64,000 bases of DNA from the human T2T-CHM13v2.0 reference genome, Homo sapiens, in the NCBI RefSeq assembly GCF_009914755.1, contig NC_060932.1; one strand, written 5' to 3'. Made by a program: the position numbers and the translations under genes. The notes below the pieces were generated by a model that was given only the letters and a program-made list of their open reading frames with translations, searched no databases and was not told the origin of the DNA. Shown here in pieces: positions 40,749 to 55,223 of the stretch (position 1 is its first letter; every line of letters starts with the position of its first letter).

Positions 40749-41158
40749 CCCAGGTATTAAGTTCATCTTCCTCCTCCAAAGCCAGAGGCTATTCCACATT
40801 GGGGTCTATTCCAGTCTGGCAGCCTGTGGCTGGTGACTTCCCTATCCAGCCACATCTGACACCCCCACCTTGTCCCCTTTTTCTCTCCACCCCCTAGTGG
40901 AGATTGAGTTCATGTGTCTTTCTTTCTCACTGGACTGTGAGCTCCATGGATGAAAATAACAGCATCTTACTCAGACCAACAGGGAGGAAGATAGTATAGG
41001 ACCAAGCATTTTGGGCAGTGATGCAAGATTCCAGAGAACACTGGAGCATACACAGTGTCCTTGAGCCTGCCCCCCAGGGGAGGGACATGGGGGAGGGTGT
41101 GAGGTAGAAGGGCACGTCCCCATCCTCCCCATTCTTGGTTGGCCCTATTGGGGTCACC

Positions 41159-41200
41159 TGTTTTGTTTTTGTTTTTGTTTTTGTTTTTGTTTTTGTTTTT
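41159..41200. repeat. (GTTTTT)n hexamer repeat
   Basis: Directly visible. Confidence 0.9.
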
Positions 41201-42831
41201 GCCTTTATTTCATTAAAGACAATTCATTCAAAAATTCTTGAATTGGACCAAGAAGGACAGGCAGTATTAAGAAAGACAAAGATGGTAGGGAGGGCTCTCC
41301 AGGCAGAGGGGGATCTCAAGCAAAGAAAGGAAGGCTGGAGAGAACGCAGCTCATGAGACGCAGCTGCAGCGACCACATTCCGAGTGTGCCTCAAAATCAA
41401 ACTATGGGGAATGAGGAGCCTCTAAGGGGTTTGAGCAGAGTGGGGGTTGGGGGCGTTACAGGCAGAAGACGACATGCCCTGTCAACTGATGAGCCTGCCC
41501 ACCCCAGAAAGTCTTGTTTCCCCTCACTTATCTTAACTGGGGAAGTGAGAACCTGGGGAATCAAATCAGAGCCAACTCAGGACAGTTAACTCTGGAATCA
41601 ATTGCCCTAGAGTTGTATTTCTAAAACACAAATCAGATTAAGTCACTCTCTTGCTTATAAGCCTTCCATGGCCCCTTCTGCCTACAGGATAAAGTCCAAA
41701 TGCCTTAGCCTGACATGCAATCCCGCCCAATCTCACATCGCAGGGCTGCTTGTCCCGTACGAAGCAAGCCACTTGCTAGCCACACTCACCATTTCCCCCA
41801 GGCAAGCCTCTTTTAAGTATGAGCCTTTCACCCACTCATCCAGCGAATATCTATGGAGCACTTATTAAGCATCAACAATGGGCCAGGCCCTGATGCCTAC
41901 CAAGTGACCAACACAGATACAGCCTTCTGTCTCTTGGCAACTAAAGTCTGGGGAGGAATGTGACTGTTAAACACTAATTACGAATGCAATGGTTTCAGAG
42001 AAAAGAAGTCCAGGCTGTTGTTCAGGGATGTACTGGGGGGCCTAACCCACCTGGGAGGCCAGGGAAATTTTCCCTGTAGATGTCCAAAGGATGAACAGAA
42101 TTTGGGATTTGGTCAGACAATGGCAGGGGCAGGGGCAGGGGAATGAGGGGAAAGTATTCCAGCCCGAAGGAACAGCAGGTGTGTAGCCTTGGAGGCTGGA
42201 CTCGGCTTGGTGTACCCACACCAAACTTCACTGGGGTGACCATCATGCAGCAGGTACTAGGGATAACCAGAGAGGTCTCCCTGCTTTTAAAAAAAATGTT
42301 TTGTGTGTTATTCTGGGGGAAAGGAAACACCACTGGGATTGTAAGCATGGAAATGACATCATATTTTAATCTGATTGTTGTGTAGAGAATGGAATGAGAG
42401 AGTGGGCAACATCCATTCTCTTGGAATCTATTTCCATTCCCCCTCTCCTTGTAGCAAATGGTTTGTTTCCCTTTCCCTATCAAGCCAAATATTCACTCTT
42501 TCCTCTTTGTTCTCCCTCCCCACCACATTAATTGAAAACTTTGAATATGTATTTGGTGTGTTATGAATTCTTGTTCTACCAGTTTTCCCCCAGCAGATAA
42601 TCATTTTCTCAAGGGCAATGACTGCATCAGTTTGTTATTTTATTTTATTTTTTTACTCTTTGTGCCCTTGGGACATAGCAAAGATCCTGGATCTGCCATG
42701 CAGGAAGCCAATAAATATCTATTAGTTGGTTGATCCAATGAATGAAATACTCAAATTGAAGGACAGTTCTCCAGATGGCCTTAGAGCGACCCACTTCTCT
42801 ACTCTTTCTTGCCTGTATTTTTCAAGAGTAA

Positions 42832-43205
42832 GTGTGGAATGTTCTGGGATTGCTAAACAGAACAGAATCCTGAAATAAGAGGGAACTGGCCAGAACAGTC
42901 CAGACTCTGTTCCAGTTCCCATCTCCCTGCAGAACAAGCTGTCCTTCAACACTTTAGTCCAGTGGCTCATGGGGCCCCAGGGTGTGAAACTCAGGACAGG
43001 CTGCTCTTCAGGTGGGGCACACACCGCTGAGACTCCATCTGCCCCAGGCAGCTTTCCTAAGCCTTGGGGGACCAGCTCACAGTGAATTCTAAGCTTCTGT
43101 TGTCCCTTGCTGCCTGTCTATACATAATAAACTCATTTCATGTAACATTTTGTGGGTGAGTATTCTGTCTCACTGGACTCATACACCTTGGTAAGCAGTG
43201 CAGAG
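42832..43205. mobile_element. Probable solo LTR (LTR47-like)
   Basis: CCTGAAATAAGAGGGAACTGGCCAGAACAG...CTCTGTTCCAG, internal AATAAA then TTCTGTCTCACTGGACTCA; recalled similarity only. Confidence 0.45.
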
Positions 43206-43299
43206 TGCACCTCCTTTGCACAAATCTCCATGGAGCACCTCCTGCACGTAACCTCTCTCTGCAACTGCATCTCCATACACATATGGAAATGTCTGTAAA

Positions 43300-43665
43300 A
43301 TAAGCCAAATGCCCTATGATGTCACTTACATATTAAATCTTAAAAAGACTAATTCATAGAGCAAAGAGAATGGTGGTTACCAGGGGCTTGGGAAGATGAT
43401 GATCAAAGGGTACAAAATTTCAGTTAGGAGAAGTAAGCTGAAGAGATCTATTATACCACACAATGACTGTAGTTAATAACAATGTATCGTATATTTGAAA
43501 ATTGCTGAAAGAGTAGATTTAAATGTCATTACATATAAATACATGAGGCAGTACATATGATAATTAGCTGGATTTAGCCATTCCACAATGTATGCATATT
43601 TCAAACCATCAGGTTATACACCATAAATATACACAATTTTTATGTGTCAAATAAATAAATAAATG
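43300..43665 (+). mobile_element. L1MA/MB 3' end
   Basis: GAGAATGGTGGTTACCAGGGGC...CAAAGGGTACAAAATTTCAGTTAG...TTGAAAATTGCTGAAAGAGTAGATTT, A-rich tail. Confidence 0.88.
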
Positions 43666-44099
43666 GAAATGCCCAAATTTTTCTCTCAAAGGCTGAGAGA
43701 GATCCTTTCATACTTGCATTGATATATTCTCCATGCAGGCTAGAGTCCGCTGACCCGGTGAAAGAGCCCTGTCTCAGCGGGGATGAAGGACTCAGCTGTG
43801 AGTACAGCAGGGAACAGGCTGATGGTTTTTTCTGCAACTCAAGGCCAAAGAAAAATTACGACAGTGAGACTGATATTCAATGGCAAATGTGTTTGGGTTA
43901 AAGGAGAGATGGGAGCAGGAAGTCTTTCTAAGTGGCTGTGAGCAAGAAAAACAAAACAGCAGGTTGCTTCAGTGTCTCCCCTGGATCCCAGGTTCAAGGC
44001 AGACCCGGCCAAGGCCAAGGCCAGACCCATTTAACTTTCAGATCCTTCCCACTCCCCACGCTCTGGACCAAGAGAACAAGAGCCCCGCAGGTTCACCTA

Positions 44100-45800
44100 C
44101 ATGGGAAAGGAAGCAAGCCTGCTGCATTTACATTCCTGTATGCGCATCATGTTTTCAAGTCCCGGGATGTGATGTTGATGAAAGACAGTTAATTCAATTT
44201 CTACAGAGAAATTGATTAATGGACTGGATTAAAAGAAGTCCCCTGTGTCCGCAGCCTTCGCCCAGCATACCAATTCTGCGTTATCTGGCCTGGTTTTCTC
44301 TTTCCCTCCTCACTTGACACTTTGACAATACACACTCAGGCACAGTGGGAAGGAGGAGGGAGGGGAGGAAAGATGAGACACCACAGATTAGGGCTGGAGC
44401 ACACCTCTATATTTAATTAGTTCTATTAATATTTAAAAATAATAATAAAAGGGCCCCGTGGGGAACACGCTGATCTTGGGGTTGTTCTAGCGATTGACAG
44501 CTGTTCTGGAGCGGGCATTCTGCCAGAGAGTCCCAAAAGGACTCAACATTTTCTTCCATGAGGAGAGAAGGCGTCCTTTCCTGTTCACCCGGGAATAAAT
44601 CAGAAGTCACAGCCACCTTGAAATGCCAGGCGGTGTGAGGGCAAACTCCAAGTGGGCTGCCCCTTCTCTCCACCCGGTGGCACAGAGCACTCCCCCAGGC
44701 TGTGCTCCCGAGAGCCCGTGGCTCCTCAAGAAGTTCTGTACTCACTGCAAGAGGCCAGAGAGGACTGTTCCTGGAGATCCTTAGGCCGGGGGCAGGCAGG
44801 CCACCCATGCCCCAGATGGTGGGTTTCTTCAGTCTTGCCTGGCCCCTCTGACATTGCCGAGAGGACTGGAGGAGGGGACAGACAACAAGGCCGAGAAGAG
44901 CCCAATCTGCCCTTGGCATTGATGACCTGGTATTTACGGCAACCTTCACTCTTGGGCTAATATGGATAATATATGTAAGATTTTTGCACTTTTCAGAGGC
45001 TTCCAACTTCTGCAATCAGTTTGAATCTATATTCTGAATCAGAAAAGCAGGACTTGGAGAAATAATTTTATCCACCTAAATAAATCAATATTCTCTCCTT
45101 TGTGTATGCATTTGACAGGCCTGACTGCATAGTGCACCTGATTGCAAGGAGGATAACCCCAGGAGAAGAACAAGTGACCTGTGCACTAGCAGGCCACCTG
45201 CTGACTCTCCCGTTCCCACCCCCGATTAGAGATGGGATCCATCAAGTGTCCTTATTAATAACCTAGTGTTCTGTGGCTTTAGTTAAGAGTAATGTCCCCT
45301 AGCTTTCAATCCATGTTGTTTGCAGAGATTTCACCGTGTCCCTGCACTTTGGTGGAGAGAAGGGAGCTGATGGAGCTCCAGGCAGGCACAGGCTGGCGTA
45401 TCACTAAAACCCAAAAAATTAAAATGCTGGTGAATAATTTACTCGAATCAGCCTGTGAATGTTAGGCAATATTGCCTTACAAAATAAATCAATTATAATT
45501 TTTAAAAAAGGAAAAAGAAATCTCAGTTCATTGAAAAACATTGCAAACACGGGCAATTTTCCCTTTATTAAAAAAAAAAAAAAAAGGAAAAGTGAAATCT
45601 CATTTAAATAAGAATCTGTTAGAACAGCTACACAGTCATTTCAGTGACTCCTTAATAGAATCCCGCCTAAACAAACCACATCTGCCAGATGCCTACATTA
45701 CCTTTTTCAATTAAAATTCTGTTCCTATTGTTGGAAGGTTAACTTTGAACTCACAAGGCTATGTAGCTCACTAGGGTATGGAGTTAGTTGCCTGTAAATA
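44100..45800. promoter_or_regulatory. Candidate developmental enhancer / conserved non-coding element
   Basis: No recognisable repeat over ~1.7 kb; TGATTAATGG at 44213, ATAAATCA (TGATTTAT on -) at 44595, 45080, 45484, CGATTGACAG at 44491; retained CpGs. Confidence 0.4.
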
Positions 45801-46189
45801 TGCATACATTAGCATCATTTATCCCATGCGGGGCTTTCGAAGAGAACTGTGAGTGGCCCTACCGGTATTAGATGGATCGCCTTTTTCAATACCAGGACAA
45901 GGAAAATGTCACTCAAAACTGCTAAGAATCTCAAGAATTTACATTTTGACAGGAAAAAATAAGAACTCCATTTTGGCAGAAGTTAAAATACAGGAGGGAG
46001 TAAGGGACTCTCCATTCATTCATTCCGAAACTTTCTTGGAACACCTTCTACCTCTCCAGCCTGCGCACAGCCCTGAGGCAGGGGCTAGGGTACCGGCTCT
46101 CAAAGATCTCACAGGCCAGTGTCCACAGTTCTGCCCTGACCAGCCTCCTCCCAGACATGGGGGAGGGATTACAAGGTGATACTATAAAT

Positions 46190-46460
46190 GTATTGGGAGG
46201 CGAAGGCAGAAGGATCATTCAGGAGTTCAAGACCAGTCTGGGCAACATAGTGAGACCCAGACTCCACCAAAAAAAAAAAATTTTCATTAGCTAGGCATGA
46301 TGGTACACACTTACAGTCCCAGCTACTTGGGAGGCTGAGGTGGGAGGATTGCTTGAACCCAGGAGGTCAAGGCTACAGTGAGTCATGATCGTGTCACTGC
46401 ACTGCAGCCTGCGCAACAGAGTGAAACCCTGTCTTAAACAAAAACAAAACAAAACAAAAA
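46190..46460 (+). mobile_element. AluJ, partly deleted left arm
   Basis: TTGGGAGGCGAAGGCAG...GGGAGGATTGCTTGAACCCAGGAGGTCAAGGCTACAGTGAG, (AAAAC)n tail. Confidence 0.92.
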
Positions 46461-47156
46461 CCTTATTCACCCCTCGGCTTAAGCAAGGCCCTTTCTCGTG
46501 TGAGTGTTTTCATAAATTGTATGTCTAGGATAACTCAACAGGTAGGGATACACCTAAAGCCATATCTGGAAGCAGAGATAGATAAAAGGTAAAACCTACC
46601 CAAACAGGGAGCTGAGGACCATCACTGAAGATGAAATATTTGCCTTACGATTTTGCTTCAGGTGGATCCAGTTCTCTCTGTCCTTTCCACAGAAGAAATG
46701 ACTCAAGGCAACCATCTATCCTCATCCCTCAGAGGATGAACCCCTGTCTCCAGCAACTTTCCCATGGTTTCGTCCAACAAGCACAAAGCACTTGTGTTGT
46801 GTCAGGCACTGGAGACACCAACTGTGACCAAAAGACAGGGCACACTCCGAAGGGGCCTACAGTGGTGGGAGATTCAGATACATAACAGGCAAGTCCTAGG
46901 GTGAGGGAACTAGTACCACTGGGGAGGCTGGGAGGAAGCTTTTACCCCAACCATGTGCCCTACCCAGACAGTGCCTGAGCAGGTGGGGGGTGGTTGAAGC
47001 CAGGGCAGCAATGAGCCAGGCAATGCCCTTTAACACAGACAGACGTGGGCAGGGAGCAGAGTGCGTTCTGCAATCCAGTGGGAAATGCACGCAGCAGGGG
47101 AGCAGTGTGTGTGCCTGTGTGTGTGTGCGCGTACCCACACGTGCACTCATACACGT

Positions 47157-47931
<775 letters not shown>

Positions 47932-47932
47932 G

Positions 47933-48072
47933 AAGAAGCTGCTGGAGGCTCAGAGTCATTTCCACAAGGTGGAGAACAACTTCCTGACCTTCTCCAAAAA
48001 GGCTTCTGCCTTCAACAGCTGGTTTGAAAACACAGAGGAGGACCTGCTGCAACTCCCTGGAAGAAATCAAAG
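47933..48072 (+). pseudogene. SPTAN1: Fragment of alpha-II spectrin coding sequence (C-terminal spectrin repeats), frameshifted
   Basis: Translates KKLLEAQSHFHKVENNFLTFSKKASAFNSWFENTEEDL, then after a short frameshifting deletion CNSLEEIK (in ORF 48024..48227); recalled SPTAN1: KKLLEAQSHFRKVEDLFLTFAKKASAFNSWFENAEEDLTDPVRCNSLEEIK. Confidence 0.85.
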
Positions 48073-48531
48073 TGATGCACTTTGATATACACGGAGAGGA
48101 GAGCTTCTGGAGAGACACTTGGCTGCAGGTTTTAAAGGAAGTGGCTGGTCCCCTCAGCCAACCAACACTCTTCCCTACCTTTAAATTCCTTCACCCTTCT
48201 GGCTCTTCTTTACCTAACAGTTTGTGACAATCCTTATATCTCTGTTTTCCCTAGCTTAACTTTTCCCACAAGCTTAATGGACTGCCGAAGGTCACCTAGT
48301 CTAGTCTGTCACTAATTATGTGCTGGAGAAAAAGGGATGATTTGAGCAGTAAGTCTGTCAGACTCTAGACAGCTCCCCAAAGGGAGAAGAGTCCCAGATT
48401 TATCCCAAGACGTAGGAGGGACATTGGAGACTAACTGGGACTCCCTAGATGGCCCCACACACCTGTCTGGAGGTCATTTAGGCAACTGACACAGGTGGGC
48501 CCAGCAGCGGCCAACACTTAAGGGTGAGGGG

Positions 48532-48840
<309 letters not shown>

Positions 48841-49761
48841 CTACTGTTTGGGGAGGGGCATGGCCATCCATAGCCAATCTCCAACCAGTGACAAGGATGG
48901 GGCACCGGGTCCAGTGCCCTGGACAGGCACAGGAAAAATCCAACAGGCATCATGGCCTCAGCACCATGGGCTGGGGTTCAAGACCTAGAGAAACCCTAGC
49001 TGTATATTCATATTGCGAATGAGTAAACAGACCCAGAGAGGGGAGGGACAAGGGCATTGAGTGTACATGCTGTTTCAATCAAACCTCAAACTCCACAAAA
49101 GCAAGGAACATTCCTATTATGGCTCTTTGAATATCTATATTACTGAAAAAAAATAATCAATAAAGAAATGTGGCCTCATTACTTCCCTGCTCAAATTCCT
49201 CCAAAGCTCTAATTTCCGCCAGAATAAAGTTAAACTCCCCTGAGGTCATCTGAACTCTACCTCTCAAGCCTCAAATCCCACGCTTATGGGCATTCTGCTC
49301 CCAACTGCCACCCCAGGTCCCACCTGCCCCCACCCAAACATACACCCCATACGCACACAGTCCTTCTCTGCCCCTGCCCTCCAGCCAGTCTGAACTATTT
49401 GCAATCCTTTGAACATGCTACAATTTCTCATGCCTTCATGCCTCCAAGCTTTTGCATAAGATTATCTCTATTTTAGGAACACCCTCCACAGCCCCGTGCA
49501 ATTCTTATTGCATTGGAAAATTCCTGCTTGTCCTTAAAGACCCAAGTCACAGGTCATTTCTCTGGGAATCCTTCTCCGTGTTCCAAAACTCCTGGCTGTC
49601 ACATGTCTCCATCACACTATTTATCACACAGCCGAACAAGTTCTGAAGCGCTCGTCTATTCCCCTTGCCCATACTAGAATGAGGGCCTTAAGAGCTGGAG
49701 CCATAGTATTCACCTCTGAATAGAGGGTGATGTATGAATGAAGAATGAAAGGAATGAATGA

Positions 49762-50444
49762 TGTCTTAGTCCATTTTCATGCTGCTGATAAAGACAAACC
49801 CCAGACTGGGTAATTTATAAAGAAAAAGAGGTGTTTTTTTTTTGTTGTTGTTGTTGTTTTTGTTTTGTTTTGTTTTGAGACGGAGTCTCACTCTGTCGCC
49901 CAGGCTGGAGTGCAGTCGCACGATCTCGGCACGATCTCGGCTCACTGCAAGCTCCGCCTCCTGGGTTCACACCATTCTCCTGCCTCAGCCTCCCGAGTAG
50001 CTGGGACTACAGGTGCCCGACACCACGCCCGGCTAATTTTTTGTATTTTTAGTAGAGACAGGGTTTCATCGTGTTAGCCAGGATGGTCTCAATCTCCTGA
50101 CCTAGTGATATGCCTGCCTCGGCCTCCCAAAGTGCTGGGATTACAGGCGTGAGCCACCGCGCCCGGCCAGAAAAAGAGGTTTAATGGACTCACAGTTCCA
50201 CATGGCTGGGGAGGCCTCACAGTCATGATGGCAGGCAAGAGAGAGAATGAGAGCCAAGTGAAAGGGGTTTCCCCTTATAAAACCATCAGCTCTCGTGAGA
50301 CTTACTCACTACCACGAGAGCAGTATGGGGAAACTGCCCCCATGATTCAATTAACTCCCACCAGCTCCCTCCCACAATGTGTGGGAATTATGGGAGCTAC
50401 AATTCAAGATGAGATATGGGTGGGGAAACAGCTAAACCATATCA
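49762..50444 (-). mobile_element. THE1 (MaLR) solo LTR, interrupted by AluY
   Basis: TGTCTTAGTCCATTTTCATGCTGCTGATAAAGAC...AAACCATATCA; 5-bp TSD AATGA at 49757-49761 and 50445-50449. Confidence 0.93.
49833..50168 (-). mobile_element. AluY with internal 11-bp tandem duplication
   Basis: Y-type diagnostics; TSD AGAAAAAGAGGT on both sides; GCACGATCTCG twice at 49918-49939. Confidence 0.96.
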
Positions 50445-51954
50445 AATGATAAACACAAACATCCATTGGGTTGAATAGTCAGAGGTACCATAATCACATG
50501 TCCTAGAAGAAACGGAAAAACTGGCCACCAGCATGGTCTGGACCTGAATATGCTTCCTCTTCCTCAGCACCATTTTCTGGCCTCTCTCTGGAGCCCTTCC
50601 ATTTGTGGACAGGAAGTCAAAGAATTTAAAGAGTCATGCTTCTGTGTTGGCAGTAGTCTGTCTGGGACATACAGGCACTCAGTCATTTCCTAAAAATGAG
50701 TTTGAATGTTCAGTCTTTTCCCACTGGCCTTAACTGGCTGCAGGCTTCACAGAGGGCCCTCAGGCCTGGGATGCCACAGTCATTAGTGCAGATTCCATTA
50801 TGGGGAAGGAAGCACACATTTTCAGAATAAATGAAGGGAAGAAATAAATGAATTCTTCAGGGGGTCCTAGGCAAGGATGGCGCACTTTATCTAGAGAGCT
50901 TTTCTCTGGACTTGGAAAATGGGTGCATAACATGTTGGGGAGCACATCCTACATGCTGCAGCTTCAACGTCTGTACCTCATTCAATGAGCCTCACAACCA
51001 GCCTGGAAGGTGAGCGTGAATTTCCCCATTTCATAGGTAAAGAAAATGAGGCCAAAACCCCAGAAGATTCCCCGGGCACACAGCTATGCTGTGGCAGTGC
51101 CAAAATTCAAACCTAGGACTAACTCCAAAGTCCAAGGGAAATTATGTTTGTCTTTCCAAGAATATGGCTTTGCCGGATGCAAGATTGTAAAAGGACCCCC
51201 TTATTAAGATAAAACAGCGCTTCCCAAGATTTTGTCTCAGATAGGACAGCCTGTGAGTGGGTAAAGCAGGCTGGAGCAAGTGGTTCTGGCATCAGCTCTG
51301 GCTTCTTTCTGCAGCTTCTCTTTCCCTCAAGGTTCTTGCATTCAGAACCTGCTGCTCACCCTTCAGGACCTGCTGTTCACACCTTGAACCCTCAGGACTG
51401 CAACTCACTTTCAAAGCACTCATCTAAACATACATGCAGATCTTCCCTTGGTTCCTCTTAGAACAGCTTAGATATTGTTGGATGGAAAATCCAAGAATAC
51501 TTTACCAAATATTACAGGAAAACAGCCAAGGAGAGCACAGGAACCACAAAAATATCAGGGTACGAGGCACAGGCTTCTCCTCCTGCCAGAGAAGGTTTAT
51601 ATCCTGGCTTACAGGTTCCAACACATTAAGAGATCACCAGAGTCTAGCTGGAGCCAATCTTCAGTCAAACACAGGTCAGGGCACCCCAGAGAGGAGAGGA
51701 ATGACCTGGAGCCCCCAGACCCATGGAAGGCAGCACCAAGATCTCAGGCTCACCCCTGAGGCAGGCACAGGGCAACAGTCACTGGGACAAGAAAGTCCTG
51801 GGTGTCAGGGCAGCTGATGAGGGCTTTCCAGACCTCCTTCCACTGGACTCGAAGATGGGAAAACACAGGCCCCATCATGCCCTTCCCAGCTTAAAACCAC
51901 CTGTGCTTTTCCATCACCTTAGTGGGCTCGCAAGCCTTCTAGAATGCCCCCCTT

Positions 51955-52762
<808 letters not shown>

Positions 52763-53639
52763 ACCCTTTAACTTTGTAGCTGCCTGTCTTCCAGCCCACA
52801 CAACTCACATTCCTACCCAAGCCACCTGGTCTCACACCTCTGGCCTTTGTGTACACATTTTCCTACCAAGATGCTCTTCCCTCAATTTTTTTTCTCCTTA
52901 AACTCCTATTCATACATCAAGACCCAGCTCCTGGGTGGCTCCTCTGACTCCTCGGTTTGCCTTTCCCCTGTGATGTCAGAGCTGTGCTGTTCAGTTCAAT
53001 CAGCTTCCATTAAACACTTCCTGGACTAGTCATCCTTCAACGAGAAATAAGCGTGAGTAAGACAGGGGCCCTGTTCTCCCTGCATCTATAGTAATAAGTG
53101 AAAGAGTAGTGAAAGAAGGACAGTTTCTGAACAATATGAGAGGTGCCTAAGTGATCCTCAGGCAGCAAGTGGGGTGGAGAGTACAGGGCTCTCTCCAGAG
53201 AAGACAAACAAGCCACATCTGGAAGTGGGAATCAGGACAAGTTAAGAAAACGGGCATTTCAAGCTCGGAAAGCCACATAAACCAAGGTGGACAGGTATCA
53301 GCCCACCTGTTCTCAGAGAAGCACAGGCAGTTCGGTGAAGCAGGAACGTGAAGTGAAAGAGGTTCCTGAGGCAGATGTTGATGCTAGTTCCAGGGCATGA
53401 ATACTTATAAGCCATGCAGAAACAGCTGACCTCGACCCCAGCAAAGATAACTGCAAGGCTTTATGCGTGTTGTGGTTTTAACCCTTATCTCATGGGACCT
53501 TAATATCTGGCTATACATGTGACACCCCCATGAGACTGAGCTTCTTGAAAATAAGAACCCTGTCTTAGTCATTTTGTAACTCTAGCACTCAGCAAGGCGC
53601 CTGGTACAAATGTTTTCAATAAAGATTTTTGCAATAGAT

Positions 53640-53720
53640 TGAAGGAGGGAGGGAGGGAAGGAAGGAAAGAAGGAAGGGAGGGAGGAGAGGGGAAGGGAGG
53701 GGAAGGGAGGGGAAGGGATG
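53640..53720. repeat. Polypurine (GGAA/GGGAA/GGAG)n tract
   Basis: Directly visible, at the tail of an L2-like remnant. Confidence 0.9.
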
Positions 53721-55059
53721 ATAGGCAACTGTCCCATTTGGTCTTTGCAGAAATCTAAAGAGGTAGGTAAGAGAGTCATTATAGTCCCCATGTTACTGTT
53801 AGGAAACTGAGGCACAGAGAGCTCAATGATTTGCTCAGTGTCCTGCTATGTTGCTGCCTGACTCCCTGCCCAGGGCTCCTTTGAAGACATGCTGCCCCTC
53901 TTCAGGAGAGACTGGGGAGGCACACAGTGGCCATAGCCCCTGGCCTGGGAGCCACCTGCCAGCCACAGGCAGATCCTGACAGCCGACTTCTGTCATCGGG
54001 GCTGCAGTATCCACTGCTACCAAACTATTTTAGGATGAGAGGGCCTCTGAGCCACCCAGCACCTTCTCTTAACCTCTTTCACTTCTCTTAAGCGGTTAGA
54101 TGGCAGGTCCAAGAATATTTCCAAAACATTACTGCTTTCCAGCATTTTTCTCAGTCACATATTTAGGGTTCCCTCCCAAAACATAGATTTGTGCAGAATT
54201 TACCCCCTAGTTTTCCTCCTTCTTCCCAAGTCCATTTTCTCTTCTCTGCTAGCCATCCCTGCCTGTTCCCCACATCTTTCTGCTTTTTTTCTCCTCCTTT
54301 TTCCAGCTGCCCTTCCTTTCCTGGTTTCCCTCTAGTGCAGATAACCCATCCTCCTAATGCCATTCTTCAAGCCCTCCCGGTTCTGCCTTGGCATCTGCCT
54401 GACCCTCAAGGAGCTGCCTCCTGGATATTTCTTCTTCAGAACCCTGCCTCTGATCTTCCCTCTCCCCTATCCCTGTAGCCCACCCCTGCCAACCCAGAAC
54501 TGAGCAGGGCCAGGGCCAGGGAGTGAGCAGGGCTATTAAGCTCCGGAGCTGGCAGGGAACAGTTTATGCAGCGTGGTCTCTTGGTTTCATCTAGTGGAAC
54601 TGGCCTCATAATTAACCCCTCTCAATGGAGCCTTCTGGTCCCTGAGCTCCCTTTATCCTCACAATTTCACATTTCAAGGACATTCCAGAGCCCACATCTG
54701 CTCCGGCAGCATGTTCAGGCTTCAATTCTGCCACCTCTCAGTGGGACCAGGGTTTGAGCTTCATTGCAGCCCAGGGTCTCCTGCCCCAGGGATGAGCCAG
54801 CCTGGGCAGAACAGCTTCTCCCCAGCCTCTGCCCAATGCCTTCTACCCAGTTCTTATCCTGATCAGGACCCCCAGGCGGCAGCCACAGTTTGAACAAATG
54901 GAGGGGTCGGTGAGGGGACAAAGGACTAGAGCTCACACAGCATCCTCCTCCCTACCTAGCCCAACACTTAGGCAACACAGAAATGGAAATCTCTGCAGTC
55001 CTTTATATTCTCTCTTGCCAGCTCCCAAGAAAACAAAATCTCTCATTTTGGTCTCACTT

Positions 55060-55223
55060 GTTTTTTTTGTTTGTTTGTTTTTTTGTCTTTTTTTTTCCTT
55101 TTTGTAGAGAAGGGGGTCTCGCTATATTGCCCAGGCAGGTCTCAAACTCCTAGGCTCAAACTGTCCTTCCACCTCTGCCTCAGTAACAGCTAAGATTTCA
55201 GGCATGAGCCACTGAGCCAGGCC
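55060..55223 (-). mobile_element. FLAM / Alu left monomer
   Basis: TGTAGAGAAGGGGGTCTCGCTATATTGCCCAGG...AGGCATGAGCCACTG. Confidence 0.85.

Noticed and set aside
42126-42150. Canonical G-quadruplex motif GGGG-CA-GGGG-CA-GGGG-AATGA-GGGG
   Set aside because: Isolated, inside probable L2-derived sequence; such motifs are very common.
44413-45015. 200-aa - strand ORF
   Set aside because: No recognisable domain, low-information composition, non-ATG start; expected by chance in a locally GC-richer stretch.
45190-45206. CTCF-like GGCCACCTGCTGAC (and CCACCCCCTAGTGG near 40887)
   Set aside because: Partial matches only; cannot be scored without a PWM or ChIP data.
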